This document shows, in pieces, positions 1-8,954 of a DNA stretch of 64,000 bases; the stretch's first letter is position 1, and the number at the start of each line of letters is the position of its first letter. The translations under genes were made by a program, and so were the position numbers. Source of the DNA: Bdellovibrionales bacterium (lineage in GTDB: Bacteria > Bdellovibrionota > Bdellovibrionia > Bdellovibrionales > UBA1609); assembly GCA_965199825.1 (NCBI GenBank), contig OZ241329.1, forward strand, positions 1,664,001-1,728,000, read 5' to 3'. The notes below the pieces were generated by a model. It searched no databases, was not told the DNA's origin, and worked only from the letters and a program-made list of their open reading frames with translations.

Positions 1-23
1 GCGCCATCAGTTAGGCCGTTCAT
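1..23 (-). CDS. 5' end of a gene running off the left edge (MNGLTDG...), product unknown
   Basis: Minus-strand ATG at 23 with AGGAGA Shine-Dalgarno at 32-37; divergent from rfaE. Confidence 0.5.
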
Positions 24-119
24 ACTTTTTGTCTCCTGCAAAAAATCTTATTGTACTGAATGGCTCGCTTCGAAGTCGAGCGTTTGCTCGGGTGCGACAT
101 TTCATGCTACCAATTTTAA

Positions 120-1154
120 ATGCATGAAATCGAACTGAATCATGAAGTTCTCACAAAGCTTCAATCGGGGCTAAAAAGTCGATTACCTCAACTCAAAGGA
201 AAAAAACTTCTTATTATTGGCGATATTGGCCTTGATGAATATGTGATGGGCGAGGTGAAGCGCATTTCACCTGAGGCCCCTGTTCCAGTTGTCGAAGTGA
301 ATTCTCAGGATGAAAGATTGGGGCTTGCGGCCAATGTGGCCCAAAATGTTCAAAGCCTTGGTGGCACAGCGGAACTGGTTGCGGTGATTGGCCAAGATAT
401 GGCGGCCGAAAAGTTGACTCATCTTTTAAAAAAAGCAGACGTCAATCCTGAGCATTTGATTTCATGTTCGGATCGACCAACCACCCGAAAACTTCGGATA
501 ATGGCCGAACATCACCACATTGTGCGAGTGGATTTTGAACATCGAAAATTTTTAAGTCCTGAAGACGAAAGTCGAGTTCTCAAAAAAGTTTCGCATCTTT
601 TAGACTCGGTCGATGCGGTGGTGATGGAAGATTATGCCAAAGGTGTGTTTAGCCAAACACTCTGCGCCGAGGTGATTCGCCTCTCTCATGAGGCGGGCAA
701 AAAAGTGGTGCTCGATCCTCATCCAAAAACTCCGGTGCGTTTTTATCGCGGAGTTGATTTGCTCACTCCGAATCGTGACGAAGCCTTAGCACTTTCGGGA
801 TTAGTACTTGATGATTTAAGTGGCGATTCGCTATTAAAAGTCGGCGTCGAAATTATGAAAAAAATTGGCAACTCCCAACTTGTAATTACTCGTGGAAAAG
901 AGGGAATGAGTTTGTTTTCTGACAATCATGTCACTCGACTTCCCACTTACGCTCGGCAAGTTTTTGATGTCACAGGAGCAGGCGATACGGTGATTGCCGC
1001 AATGACTTTAGCATGGGCCTCTGGTTTTAATTTGACCGATGCATGTGCGTTGGCGAATTTTGCTGCCGGTGTTGTTGTGGGTAAGGTCGGTTGCGTTCCC
1101 TGTACTGTTCCGCAATTGATGGACTACATTGATTCTTTTGCTTTCACAAAATAA
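120..1154 (+). CDS. rfaE1: D-glycero-beta-D-manno-heptose-7-phosphate kinase (RfaE/HldE domain I, stand-alone)
   Basis: GDxxLDEY, RISPEAPVPV, GLAANVA and PfkB signature DVTGAGDT; no nucleotidyltransferase domain. Confidence 0.93.
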   Translation: MHEIELNHEVLTKLQSGLKSRLPQLKGKKLLIIGDIGLDEYVMGEVKRISPEAPVPVVEVNSQDERLGLAANVAQNVQSLGGTAELVAVIGQDMAAEKLTHLLKKADVNPEHLISCSDRPTTRKLRIMAEHHHIVRVDFEHRKFLSPEDESRVLKKVSHLLDSVDAVVMEDYAKGVFSQTLCAEVIRLSHEAGKKVVLDPHPKTPVRFYRGVDLLTPNRDEALALSGLVLDDLSGDSLLKVGVEIMKKIGNSQLVITRGKEGMSLFSDNHVTRLPTYARQVFDVTGAGDTVIAAMTLAWASGFNLTDACALANFAAGVVVGKVGCVPCTVPQLMDYIDSFAFTK

Positions 1155-1244
1155 CGAGACCTTTTTTTACCCCAAATTTTGGGAAGGATTGTCCCACAAA
1201 TCTAAGAATCGGGCTGAATCAGATTTTGATTTGGTGTTTCTATG

Positions 1245-1260
1245 TGGCCTTCGACTTGCA
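1245..1260 (+). promoter_or_regulatory. Putative sigma-54 (-24/-12) promoter of the BON/general-stress/CsbD operon
   Basis: TGGCCTTCGACTTGCA with GG(1246-47)-N10-GC(1258-59); inverted repeat TGGGA-N7-TCCCA at 1180-1196 upstream. Confidence 0.6.
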
Positions 1261-1271
1261 ATGTTGCAGTG

Positions 1272-1568
1272 ATGATTATTATTTTTTTGACCTCGCTCAT
1301 GTTTAATTTTTCGCACGCCAAAATACTCAACGCACAAGATCAAGGATCTTCATCGAGGCAAGTGAGCATCACTCGCCAGATTCGTCGCGATCTTATGGCG
1401 CAATCCAAATTATCTCTAAAAGCTAAAAATATTACGGTGGTGACCACCGGAAATTCGGTCTACCTCAAGGGCACCGTAAAAAATGGTCGCGAAAAAAGTT
1501 TGATCCAAAAAATTGCGTTAAAAAATTCGCGCTCTGCGAAAGTGATCAATAAAATCAAAATCCAATAA
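1272..1568 (+). CDS. Exported BON-domain protein
   Basis: Signal peptide (IIIFLTSLMFNFSHA) then ITRQIRRDL...ITVVTTGNSVYLKGTV...V-N-I BON pattern; start taken at ATG 1272 rather than 1242. Confidence 0.8.
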   Translation: MIIIFLTSLMFNFSHAKILNAQDQGSSSRQVSITRQIRRDLMAQSKLSLKAKNITVVTTGNSVYLKGTVKNGREKSLIQKIALKNSRSAKVINKIKIQ

Positions 1569-1578
1569 GGAGTGAGCG

Positions 1579-2151
1579 ATGGAAGAAAATAAAGCGGTCT
1601 TTGGTCTTTATGGAAGTCGTCCTGCTGTTGAACTCGGAGTTGATCGATTAAAGTTTCATGGATTTGCAAATTCTGACATATCGGTTTTGTTACCTGAAGA
1701 GGGCGGATCAGAAATGTTTGCCCACGCAAATTCAACCAAAGCCCCTGAGGGTGCTTCGGCTGGAGCAGGTACAGGTCTTATCGTGGGTGGTGCACTGGGT
1801 TGGTTGATCGGAATTGGTGCCCTAGCGATTCCTGGTGTTGGCCCCTTTATAGCGGCAGGTCCAATTGTTGCGCTACTTGCCGGTGCCGGTACAGGTGCCG
1901 CAGTGGGTGGATTAGCCGGAGCCCTCGTTGGAATGGGAATTCCCGAATATGAAGCCAAAAGGTTTGAGGGCATCATCAAGGGTGGCGGAATTTTACTTTC
2001 GGTTCACACCGCAAACTCTGAATTTGTTAAAAAAGCCCAAACTATTTTAGAAGAGACAGGTGCCCGAGACATTTCATGTACCGCAGAGGCCTCGGTTCGA
2101 CATCCCTTCAAAATTTCAAATACCAATAACAACCTGCCATTAAGGCATTAA
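1579..2151 (+). CDS. General stress protein (YflT/DUF3341-like, Gly/Ala-rich membrane hairpin)
   Basis: GFxxSDISVL, GALAIPGVGPFIAAGP, LVGMGIPEYEAKRFE; RBS AAGGAG. Confidence 0.8.
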   Translation: MEENKAVFGLYGSRPAVELGVDRLKFHGFANSDISVLLPEEGGSEMFAHANSTKAPEGASAGAGTGLIVGGALGWLIGIGALAIPGVGPFIAAGPIVALLAGAGTGAAVGGLAGALVGMGIPEYEAKRFEGIIKGGGILLSVHTANSEFVKKAQTILEETGARDISCTAEASVRHPFKISNTNNNLPLRH

Positions 2152-2164
2152 TTAAGGAGAACAA

Positions 2165-2425
2165 ATGGACGATTCAATTCTAAAAGGAAAATGGAAAGAG
2201 ATTTCTGGCGAGATTTTAACCCAATGGGGCAAAATCACTGATAGCGATCTTCAACAAACCAAGGGCAATACCCAATCTATCATTGGTTTGATCGAGCAAA
2301 AATATGGTCATGCTAAAGAAGAGATCATGAACAAACTGCACCAAATCAGCGAGAGTTTTAAAGACCAAGCTGGCGATGCAGCGGTGAACAGCACCGACGC
2401 TACAAAACAAAAATTACGTCAGTAA
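2165..2425 (+). CDS. CsbD family general stress protein
   Basis: KGKWKEISGEI..QWGKITDSDL..KG...G.I.QKYG..KEE; RBS AAGGAG. Confidence 0.88.
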   Translation: MDDSILKGKWKEISGEILTQWGKITDSDLQQTKGNTQSIIGLIEQKYGHAKEEIMNKLHQISESFKDQAGDAAVNSTDATKQKLRQ

Positions 2426-2433
2426 GCTTTATA

Positions 2434-2463
2434 TCCGCTCCCTTTAGTTTATAGGGGAGCGGA
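2434..2463. terminator. Stem-loop after the csbD-like gene (probable terminator)
   Basis: TCCGCTCCCT-loop-GGGGAGCGGA 10-bp stem just after the stop; weak U-tract. Confidence 0.6.
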
Positions 2464-2492
2464 ACTTAAAACTGTGGTACGAACAGCACCCT

Positions 2493-3539
2493 ATGCTTAT
2501 GTCAGACAGTTTTTATAATTATTCGTTAGAAGATCTAGAAAAAAAAATCGTTGGACTTGGAAAACAGTCCTATCGCGCCCAACAGTTAATGAAATGGGTT
2601 TACCGCGAAAACATCTCCGACTTTAACGAGATGTCAAATCTCTCCAAAACATTTCGTAGTGAACTTCCACAAATGTTTTCTTTGGCTCTGCCAAAAATCG
2701 TCACCGAACAGTTGAGCTCTGATGGAACGCGCAAATTTCTTTTCGATATGGGCGGAAATTTAACCGTCGAGGCAGTGGCGATTCCATCTGAAGATCGAAT
2801 GACATTGTGTTTATCTTCTGAAGTGGGATGCAACATGGCCTGCAGTTTTTGTTTTACCGGAAAACAAAAACTTAAACGTCGATTAACCGCTGCCGAGATT
2901 GTGGGCCAATTTTTGGTTGTTAAAAATCGAATTCCCGAACGGTTAACAAATATTGTTTTTATGGGTATGGGCGAGCCACTCGACAATACCGATGCGGTAT
3001 TTAAATCGATCGAGATTTTTCATTCACCCTGGGGCCTAAATATCTCACGAAAAAAAATTACCGTTTCGACCTCGGGACTTGTTGACCGTATACCTTTGAT
3101 CACACAATCAGGCACACGACTCGCTGTTAGCCTGAATGCGGTCACTGATGAATTGCGCGATAAAATTATGCCGATTAATCGCAAATGGCCGCTCAAACAA
3201 CTCTTGGATGCTTGCGCTACACATTGCGCCGAAAGTCGTGACCGCGTCACTTTTGAATACGTCTTGCTTAAGAACGTGACAGACTCTTTAGAGCATGCAA
3301 AAAAACTTTATCAGATAACAAGAAGAGTACCGTGCAAGATCAATATTATTCCGTTCAATGAACATCCGGATTCGGAATTTCAGCGACCAGAAGAAGCACG
3401 CATTCAGAGATTTCAAGCCGAATTGATGAGGCTTGGAGCCCATGTGTTGAGAAGAAAAACCATGGGACGTGATATCTACGCGGCGTGTGGACAGCTCACC
3501 TCGGCTTTTGATCAGCATCCGGTACGTTTAGAGGGGTAA
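2493..3539 (+). CDS. rlmN: 23S rRNA/tRNA m2A methyltransferase RlmN (radical SAM)
   Basis: CLSSEVGCNMACSFC, VFMGMGEPL, DIYAACGQL. Confidence 0.96.
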   Translation: MLMSDSFYNYSLEDLEKKIVGLGKQSYRAQQLMKWVYRENISDFNEMSNLSKTFRSELPQMFSLALPKIVTEQLSSDGTRKFLFDMGGNLTVEAVAIPSEDRMTLCLSSEVGCNMACSFCFTGKQKLKRRLTAAEIVGQFLVVKNRIPERLTNIVFMGMGEPLDNTDAVFKSIEIFHSPWGLNISRKKITVSTSGLVDRIPLITQSGTRLAVSLNAVTDELRDKIMPINRKWPLKQLLDACATHCAESRDRVTFEYVLLKNVTDSLEHAKKLYQITRRVPCKINIIPFNEHPDSEFQRPEEARIQRFQAELMRLGAHVLRRKTMGRDIYAACGQLTSAFDQHPVRLEG

Positions 3540-3541
3540 AC

Positions 3542-4468
3542 GTGGGAAAAATTTTGGTTGTGGGAAGCATTGGCTATGACACGATTGTAACCCCATCGGG
3601 TTCGGTCACCGAAACTTTGGGTGGCTCGGCGGTTTACTTTTCTTATGCAGCCTCACATTTTGCTCCAGTTTCGATGGTCGGCGTTGTGGGCACGGATTGC
3701 CGTAAAGAAGATATCGAATTATTAAAAAAAAGATCTGTAAACCTTGAGGGTTTACAAAAGGTCGAGGGCAAAACCTTTCGCTGGTCGGGCGAATATCAAG
3801 GTGATTTGAATCAGGCCATCACTCATAAAACTGAACTCAATGTTTTACAAAATTTTGCTCCCCAAATTCCAAAGAGTTTGCAAGATGCCGAATATTTATT
3901 TTTGGCCAATATCGATCCCGACTTACAGCTATCGGTTTTAAAACAAACCGAGCGGCCACGTATTGTGGGTGCGGATACCATGAACTTTTGGATTAGCTCT
4001 AAACGTGAAAGTTTGATGCAGCTCTTTAAGCATATTGATGTGATTTTAATCAACGAGGCCGAGGCCCAAGCATTGACCGGCAAACAGCACACTCTGCAAG
4101 CTGCAGTCGAGCTCAGTTCAAAAGGGCCAAAGGCTGTGATTATTAAAAGAGGTGAATATGGTTTTGCCCTTTTATATCAAAAACAGTTTTTTATCTTGCC
4201 CGCATTTCCTGTGATGGAAGTGATTGATCCAACTGGTGCCGGGGATACTTTTGCCGCAGGATTATTTGGTTCTCTTGCAAGTCAAAACGAAGACCTTAGT
4301 CTAGAAGCTTTAAAGCGTGCCTGTGTTGAGGGATTGTTGCTCGCAAGTTTTACCGTGCAAGGCTTTGGTCTGGATGGATTAAAAAACTTGGATGCAAAAT
4401 CGCTTGAGAAGCGTCGCCAAGATTATTATCAGGTGATTCAGCATCTGGATGAACGTCTCAGTTCATAA
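3542..4468 (+). CDS. PfkB-family carbohydrate/nucleoside kinase
   Basis: VVGSIGYD, LGGSA, DTMNFWI, DPTGAGDTF. Confidence 0.9.
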   Translation: MGKILVVGSIGYDTIVTPSGSVTETLGGSAVYFSYAASHFAPVSMVGVVGTDCRKEDIELLKKRSVNLEGLQKVEGKTFRWSGEYQGDLNQAITHKTELNVLQNFAPQIPKSLQDAEYLFLANIDPDLQLSVLKQTERPRIVGADTMNFWISSKRESLMQLFKHIDVILINEAEAQALTGKQHTLQAAVELSSKGPKAVIIKRGEYGFALLYQKQFFILPAFPVMEVIDPTGAGDTFAAGLFGSLASQNEDLSLEALKRACVEGLLLASFTVQGFGLDGLKNLDAKSLEKRRQDYYQVIQHLDERLSS

Positions 4469-4498
4469 TTTGTACAGCTTTTCCGATACCTATCCAGG

Positions 4499-5383
4499 AT
4501 GGCTGATAAAAAAAGTAATGCTTTAGCAAAACGATTGATCGACGACTTGCTCGAAGATGAATCGCAAATCGTTTCTGAGGAAGATCTTCCTCAGTATCCG
4601 CATACGTCCGTCCATGCCGATGATCACACTGTGCCAGTGTCTTTGCCCGTAGAAGATGTGATTCAGGATCGCACAGAAATTTCGACAACCGATGACACAG
4701 TTAAAAAAAGAGATATGAGTTACGAGGCCGAAGATAAAGTGCGCGCAAGTGTGGGCCGCTTTGCAGGACTCAGAAATTCGTGGTCCTCTGCGGATGCTTC
4801 CTTAGCCCAAGCCGAAAACTTGCGCTTGGCGCAAAGTCGAATTTTAGAACTCGAAAGTGAAGTCGAAAAATTAAGGTCTAATAACGAGCAACTCGCAGCC
4901 GCTGGCGAAACCCTTCGTCAAAGAGCTGATGAGAACATGGCTGAATTTGAAAATCTTAAATCTCGTAACAATTCGATTGAGTCGGCTGCGGATGATGAAA
5001 AGCAGATCTTGCAAAATAATCTTTACGCTCGCGAAAAAGAACTTGGGATTTTGCGTACCAAAGTTGACGAGATGGAGATGCGCCTATCCACGAATATCCA
5101 AAAGATTCGGGTGCGCGAACGTGAACTCGAAAATCGTTTGGAACTTGTCAAAATGGAATCTCAAGCTTTACTTCGCAGTAAAGACGAGATGCTTTTAACT
5201 CTAAAAAGACAGATCGATCAGCTCAACCTTGAGCTCGAAAATTATCGTAACAAGGGCCAAGAACTCAATCGCCAGATTCAAGAAAAACAGGAATTGTTAC
5301 GTCGAACGGTGAAGGCGCTGCGCTTAGCGTTATCGATGCTTGAGGGCGATGACGAATCGTTAAGATTAAAGAAGGCAAAATGA
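4499..5383 (+). CDS. Hypothetical protein: acidic disordered N-terminus plus long coiled coil
   Basis: Heptad-rich from about aa 100 to the end; ATGA overlap with the next gene. Confidence 0.8.
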   Translation: MADKKSNALAKRLIDDLLEDESQIVSEEDLPQYPHTSVHADDHTVPVSLPVEDVIQDRTEISTTDDTVKKRDMSYEAEDKVRASVGRFAGLRNSWSSADASLAQAENLRLAQSRILELESEVEKLRSNNEQLAAAGETLRQRADENMAEFENLKSRNNSIESAADDEKQILQNNLYAREKELGILRTKVDEMEMRLSTNIQKIRVRERELENRLELVKMESQALLRSKDEMLLTLKRQIDQLNLELENYRNKGQELNRQIQEKQELLRRTVKALRLALSMLEGDDESLRLKKAK

Positions 5384-6630
5384 TCTCGCGAATCTTGCTT
5401 TTGACGGATGAAAAAGGGGACTGCAAAATCACCCAACATTGTCAAAAGGCGGGCTTTGAAGTTGAGGTGATGACCTATTCTCAAATCAAGGGACATGTGC
5501 CTTTAGGCAATCATATTTGTTTATTTAATAATCCCAAAAATCCTCTGATGTTAAAAAGACTTTTGCAATTTGAGCAAAAAAATCCCGAGGTACCAAAGCT
5601 CTGGTGTGTCACAAAAAATGCGAAAATTCCTAAAACTTTGCTCAATCAATCGCTTGGAATAAAACCGAGCCAAAAACAAATCACAAACGCTCTTAGCCTT
5701 CTTCAAGAAGCGGCTCGCTGGAGCATGTCTCAGTATCCACGCTATAGCGAAACCAATGATATCTCGGCTCAACTCAAAGTTTTGGTTGGGCGATTAAGTA
5801 ATTTAAGTCCTAAAAGCAATGTGCGTTTCGTGATGCAAGAGTCATTGAATTTAATTTTAAAAACCGATCCCCAAATGCTTGATCTCGACAGTGGGGGCCG
5901 CCTCAGGCAAGCGCCATTTATCGTGAGCCATAGTAGCGTGGGCGAAAAAGAATTTTTAACCGAGCTGTCATCTGGGCATTCGCAATTTTGTATCAAGCTT
6001 GGTGCATTCGGAGTTTTGTTTTTTGAAAATACTCAGATTATTAACTGGCAGTTTTATCTCAACCAAATCGATTATGAAATTGAATGTGCTCTGACCTATC
6101 TTAATTTTGGGTTCGGGTTTTGGCAGGCCAAAAATCTTTCTTACATCGATGAGCTCACAGGGCTCTTCAATCAGAAGTATTTAGCCCTGCTCTTAGATCG
6201 AGAAATTGAGCGTTCTCGACGTCAAACCACAAATTTCACGGTTTTATTTCTCGATATCGATTATTTTAAAAGAGTGAACGATTCTAAGGGTCATCTTGTT
6301 GGATCAAAATTGTTAATTGCCTGTGCTGAAGTTCTCAAAGACTGTATTCGTCTATGTGATTTTGCTTTTCGCTATGGTGGCGACGAATTTGTGGTGGTCT
6401 TGCCCAATGCGAATGCTCAGGAATCTCAAGTGATTGCCCAGCGCATCCGTGCTCAAGTTGAGCAAACCCCATTTTTGATCGATGGCAGTGAAATTCGTTT
6501 GACCATAAGCATAGGTCTTGCGGCTTATCCGCAACACGCCGAGACCAGCGAACAAATTATTCGCATGGCCGATGAAGCTTTGTATCAAGGAAAAAACAAA
6601 AGCCGTAACATCGTGTATATTGCAAGTTAA
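5380..6630 (+). CDS. GGDEF dinucleotide cyclase, Hypr-type signature, with degenerate receiver-like N-terminus
   Basis: DELTGLFNQKY, DIDYFKRVND, GHLVGS, RxxD I-site (RLCD), RYGGDEF. Confidence 0.9.
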   Translation: MISRILLLTDEKGDCKITQHCQKAGFEVEVMTYSQIKGHVPLGNHICLFNNPKNPLMLKRLLQFEQKNPEVPKLWCVTKNAKIPKTLLNQSLGIKPSQKQITNALSLLQEAARWSMSQYPRYSETNDISAQLKVLVGRLSNLSPKSNVRFVMQESLNLILKTDPQMLDLDSGGRLRQAPFIVSHSSVGEKEFLTELSSGHSQFCIKLGAFGVLFFENTQIINWQFYLNQIDYEIECALTYLNFGFGFWQAKNLSYIDELTGLFNQKYLALLLDREIERSRRQTTNFTVLFLDIDYFKRVNDSKGHLVGSKLLIACAEVLKDCIRLCDFAFRYGGDEFVVVLPNANAQESQVIAQRIRAQVEQTPFLIDGSEIRLTISIGLAAYPQHAETSEQIIRMADEALYQGKNKSRNIVYIAS

Positions 6631-7715
6631 TGGCTGTGAAAAAAATTAAGATTATATTAAGTGATTTGCATTTGGGTGTGGGCCGTATTCTTGAATCGGG
6701 CCAGCTCAATCAGTTTGAAGAATTTTATTTTGACGAAAAGTTTGTCGAGTTCTTGCATTACTACAGCACCGGAAAATACGCCGAAACCGAAATCGAATTG
6801 ATTTTGAATGGTGATATTTTTAATTTTCTTCAGGTGGATTACAAAGGTCATTTTTTGACCGTCGATACTGAGGAAATCACCATCGATAAAATGAAGCGCA
6901 TTACCGATGGACACAGAGTTTTTTTTCAAGCTTTAAAAGAGTTCGTGAGTGTGAGTCATCGATCGATCAGCTACATCGTCGGAAATCACGATCAAGGAAT
7001 GTTCTGGCCAGGAGCGCGCCAATTTTTGAATACCTTGCTAGAGACAAACGTGCGCTACAAAAATTTGGTTTATTTTTTTGATGGGGTCCATGTTGAGCAT
7101 GGTCATATGCATGAGGCCGCCAATCGATTTGATGCCAGAAAGTTTTTTTTAAAAAAAGATTTGGCTGAGCCTATTTTAAATCTGCCATTTGGATCGCATT
7201 TCTTTGTCGAATTTGTTTTAAAGATCAAGCAGCATCATCCCCACGTAGACAAGGTCCGGCCCTTTTCAAAAATGCTTCGCTGGGCTTTATTTAATGAAAC
7301 CCTTTTTACCATCAAAAGTGCTTTTGCTCTGTTGTGGTATTTCTTTAAGGCCGCAGTGGTTCACGATCCCAGACGCTCATTTCCATTTAAACGAGTATTA
7401 AAAGTTTTGCTCGAAAGTGCTGTGTTTCCGGATTTAGGCGAGTCGGCTTTTAGAATTTTGCAAGATGAGCGCACCCATACCGTAGTTTTTGGTCACACCC
7501 ACGTTTATCAATATCGTCAATGGAATCAGAACAAAGAGTATTTTAATTCTGGATCTTGGACGGATATTACGTCGCTCGATATCACTTCACTTGGGAAAAT
7601 CACAAAATTGACATATATTCTTTTTGAATATCCCGAAGACGAGGGACGCCCGCGCGGCCGATTAAAAGAGTGGCGGGGGTATCACCGCATAGAAGAGGAC
7701 GTAGCTGTTTCATGA
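6630..7715 (+). CDS. Calcineurin-like metallophosphoesterase (LpxH-like superfamily)
   Basis: SDLHLG, NGD, GNHD, EHGH, GHTH, NSGSW motifs. Confidence 0.88.
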   Translation: MAVKKIKIILSDLHLGVGRILESGQLNQFEEFYFDEKFVEFLHYYSTGKYAETEIELILNGDIFNFLQVDYKGHFLTVDTEEITIDKMKRITDGHRVFFQALKEFVSVSHRSISYIVGNHDQGMFWPGARQFLNTLLETNVRYKNLVYFFDGVHVEHGHMHEAANRFDARKFFLKKDLAEPILNLPFGSHFFVEFVLKIKQHHPHVDKVRPFSKMLRWALFNETLFTIKSAFALLWYFFKAAVVHDPRRSFPFKRVLKVLLESAVFPDLGESAFRILQDERTHTVVFGHTHVYQYRQWNQNKEYFNSGSWTDITSLDITSLGKITKLTYILFEYPEDEGRPRGRLKEWRGYHRIEEDVAVS

Positions 7716-8929
7716 TCGAGATCGAATTTAGCAAAAATGTTTCTACCCCCAATGTGTATTCTGCCTATGATAAACTTCTCAAACGCCAAGACCTCGGATT
7801 TTTAAAAATTTTAGAACGTGATCATCTTTGGCAGAGCTCACTCGAGCGCGCAGTTCAAATCCGTGCACAAGCCCAACAATTTCTATTTATAGGCATCGGT
7901 GGCAGCTCACTCGGTGTGAGAGCCCTATTGGCCGCATGCCCACATCAACGGGATGAATTTTTGATTCTCGAAAATGTGGATGAAGACACTTACACCCAAA
8001 CCTTGAAACTGATAAAAGATTTCTCGCAACTTCACGTGGTGGTCACCAGCAAAAGCGGTGGCACCCTTGAAACATTGGCGTTGCTCGAATTTTTGAGTCT
8101 TGAATTCAAATCTCGTGGCTTAAAAATAGAACAGCAAACCACCGTCATCTCAGAGCTTGGACCCAATGCGCTTGGCGATTGGGCACGTGCTCACCATATT
8201 CCAATTTTGGAAATTCCGGTGGATGTGGGGGGACGTTTTTCGGTTTTATCTCCTGTTGGTTTTTTGCCTGCAGCTTTAAGCCTTAAATCTTTGGATGAAA
8301 TCAAGTCGGGTATTCAGTGGGCCTTTCAACAACGCAATATGATCGAAAAATTGGTGACCCAAAGTCTCGCAAGCTTCGAGCGCAAAGAGTGGATTACGGT
8401 TTTATGGCATTATGGCGATCGGCTCAATGATTGCGGATTATGGTGGCAACAACTTTGGGCCGAGTCTTTGGCAAAAGTAAAAACGGTGGACAACAAAACG
8501 CCCCTTCGAGTGAGTACCCCGCTTGTTGTGCGCGGCGCCCAAGATCAGCACTCGCTGCTGCAACAGTTTATGGAAGGGGCAAAAGATAAGTGGTTTTGGT
8601 TTTTTCAATTGTCTGAACCTTCAAAACTGAAACCCTTAAGTGCTCAAGAAATCGCGAGCCCATGGAAACTAAAAAATAAATCTCTCGCCGATGTGATGCA
8701 GGCCGAGATGCAAGCCACAAAAGAAGCTCTTGAAGAGCAAAAAATTGCTACCGCCCAATTTCGATTTGATGAATTCACGCCACGCGCTGTCGCAGGTTAT
8801 TTTATGTTGATGCAGCTCGTAGTGGGAACACTCGGCGAATTTCTTGAGATCAACGCCTACAATCAGCCAGGAGTGGAGTTTGGAAAAATACGCGCTCGCG
8901 AGATTTTGGCAAAGGGTGTTGCAGTTTAA
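7712..8929 (+). CDS. pgi: Glucose-6-phosphate isomerase
   Basis: GIGGSSLG, SKSGGTLET, VGGRFSVLS, QLWAESLAK, QPGVE.GK; start ATG 7712 in an ATGA overlap. Confidence 0.93.
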   Translation: MIEIEFSKNVSTPNVYSAYDKLLKRQDLGFLKILERDHLWQSSLERAVQIRAQAQQFLFIGIGGSSLGVRALLAACPHQRDEFLILENVDEDTYTQTLKLIKDFSQLHVVVTSKSGGTLETLALLEFLSLEFKSRGLKIEQQTTVISELGPNALGDWARAHHIPILEIPVDVGGRFSVLSPVGFLPAALSLKSLDEIKSGIQWAFQQRNMIEKLVTQSLASFERKEWITVLWHYGDRLNDCGLWWQQLWAESLAKVKTVDNKTPLRVSTPLVVRGAQDQHSLLQQFMEGAKDKWFWFFQLSEPSKLKPLSAQEIASPWKLKNKSLADVMQAEMQATKEALEEQKIATAQFRFDEFTPRAVAGYFMLMQLVVGTLGEFLEINAYNQPGVEFGKIRAREILAKGVAV

Positions 8930-8954
8930 AGCCAACCTCTCCTAACATATTCAT

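Noticed and set aside
63..81. Small palindrome GCTCGCTTCGAAGTCGAGC in the divergent promoter region
   Set aside because: Single copy with no supporting context; function cannot be assigned
4462..4490. Additional sigma-28-like sites (TCCGATA at 4482; similar near 40202 and 45512)
   Set aside because: The -35 elements are poor or mis-spaced; too weak to call
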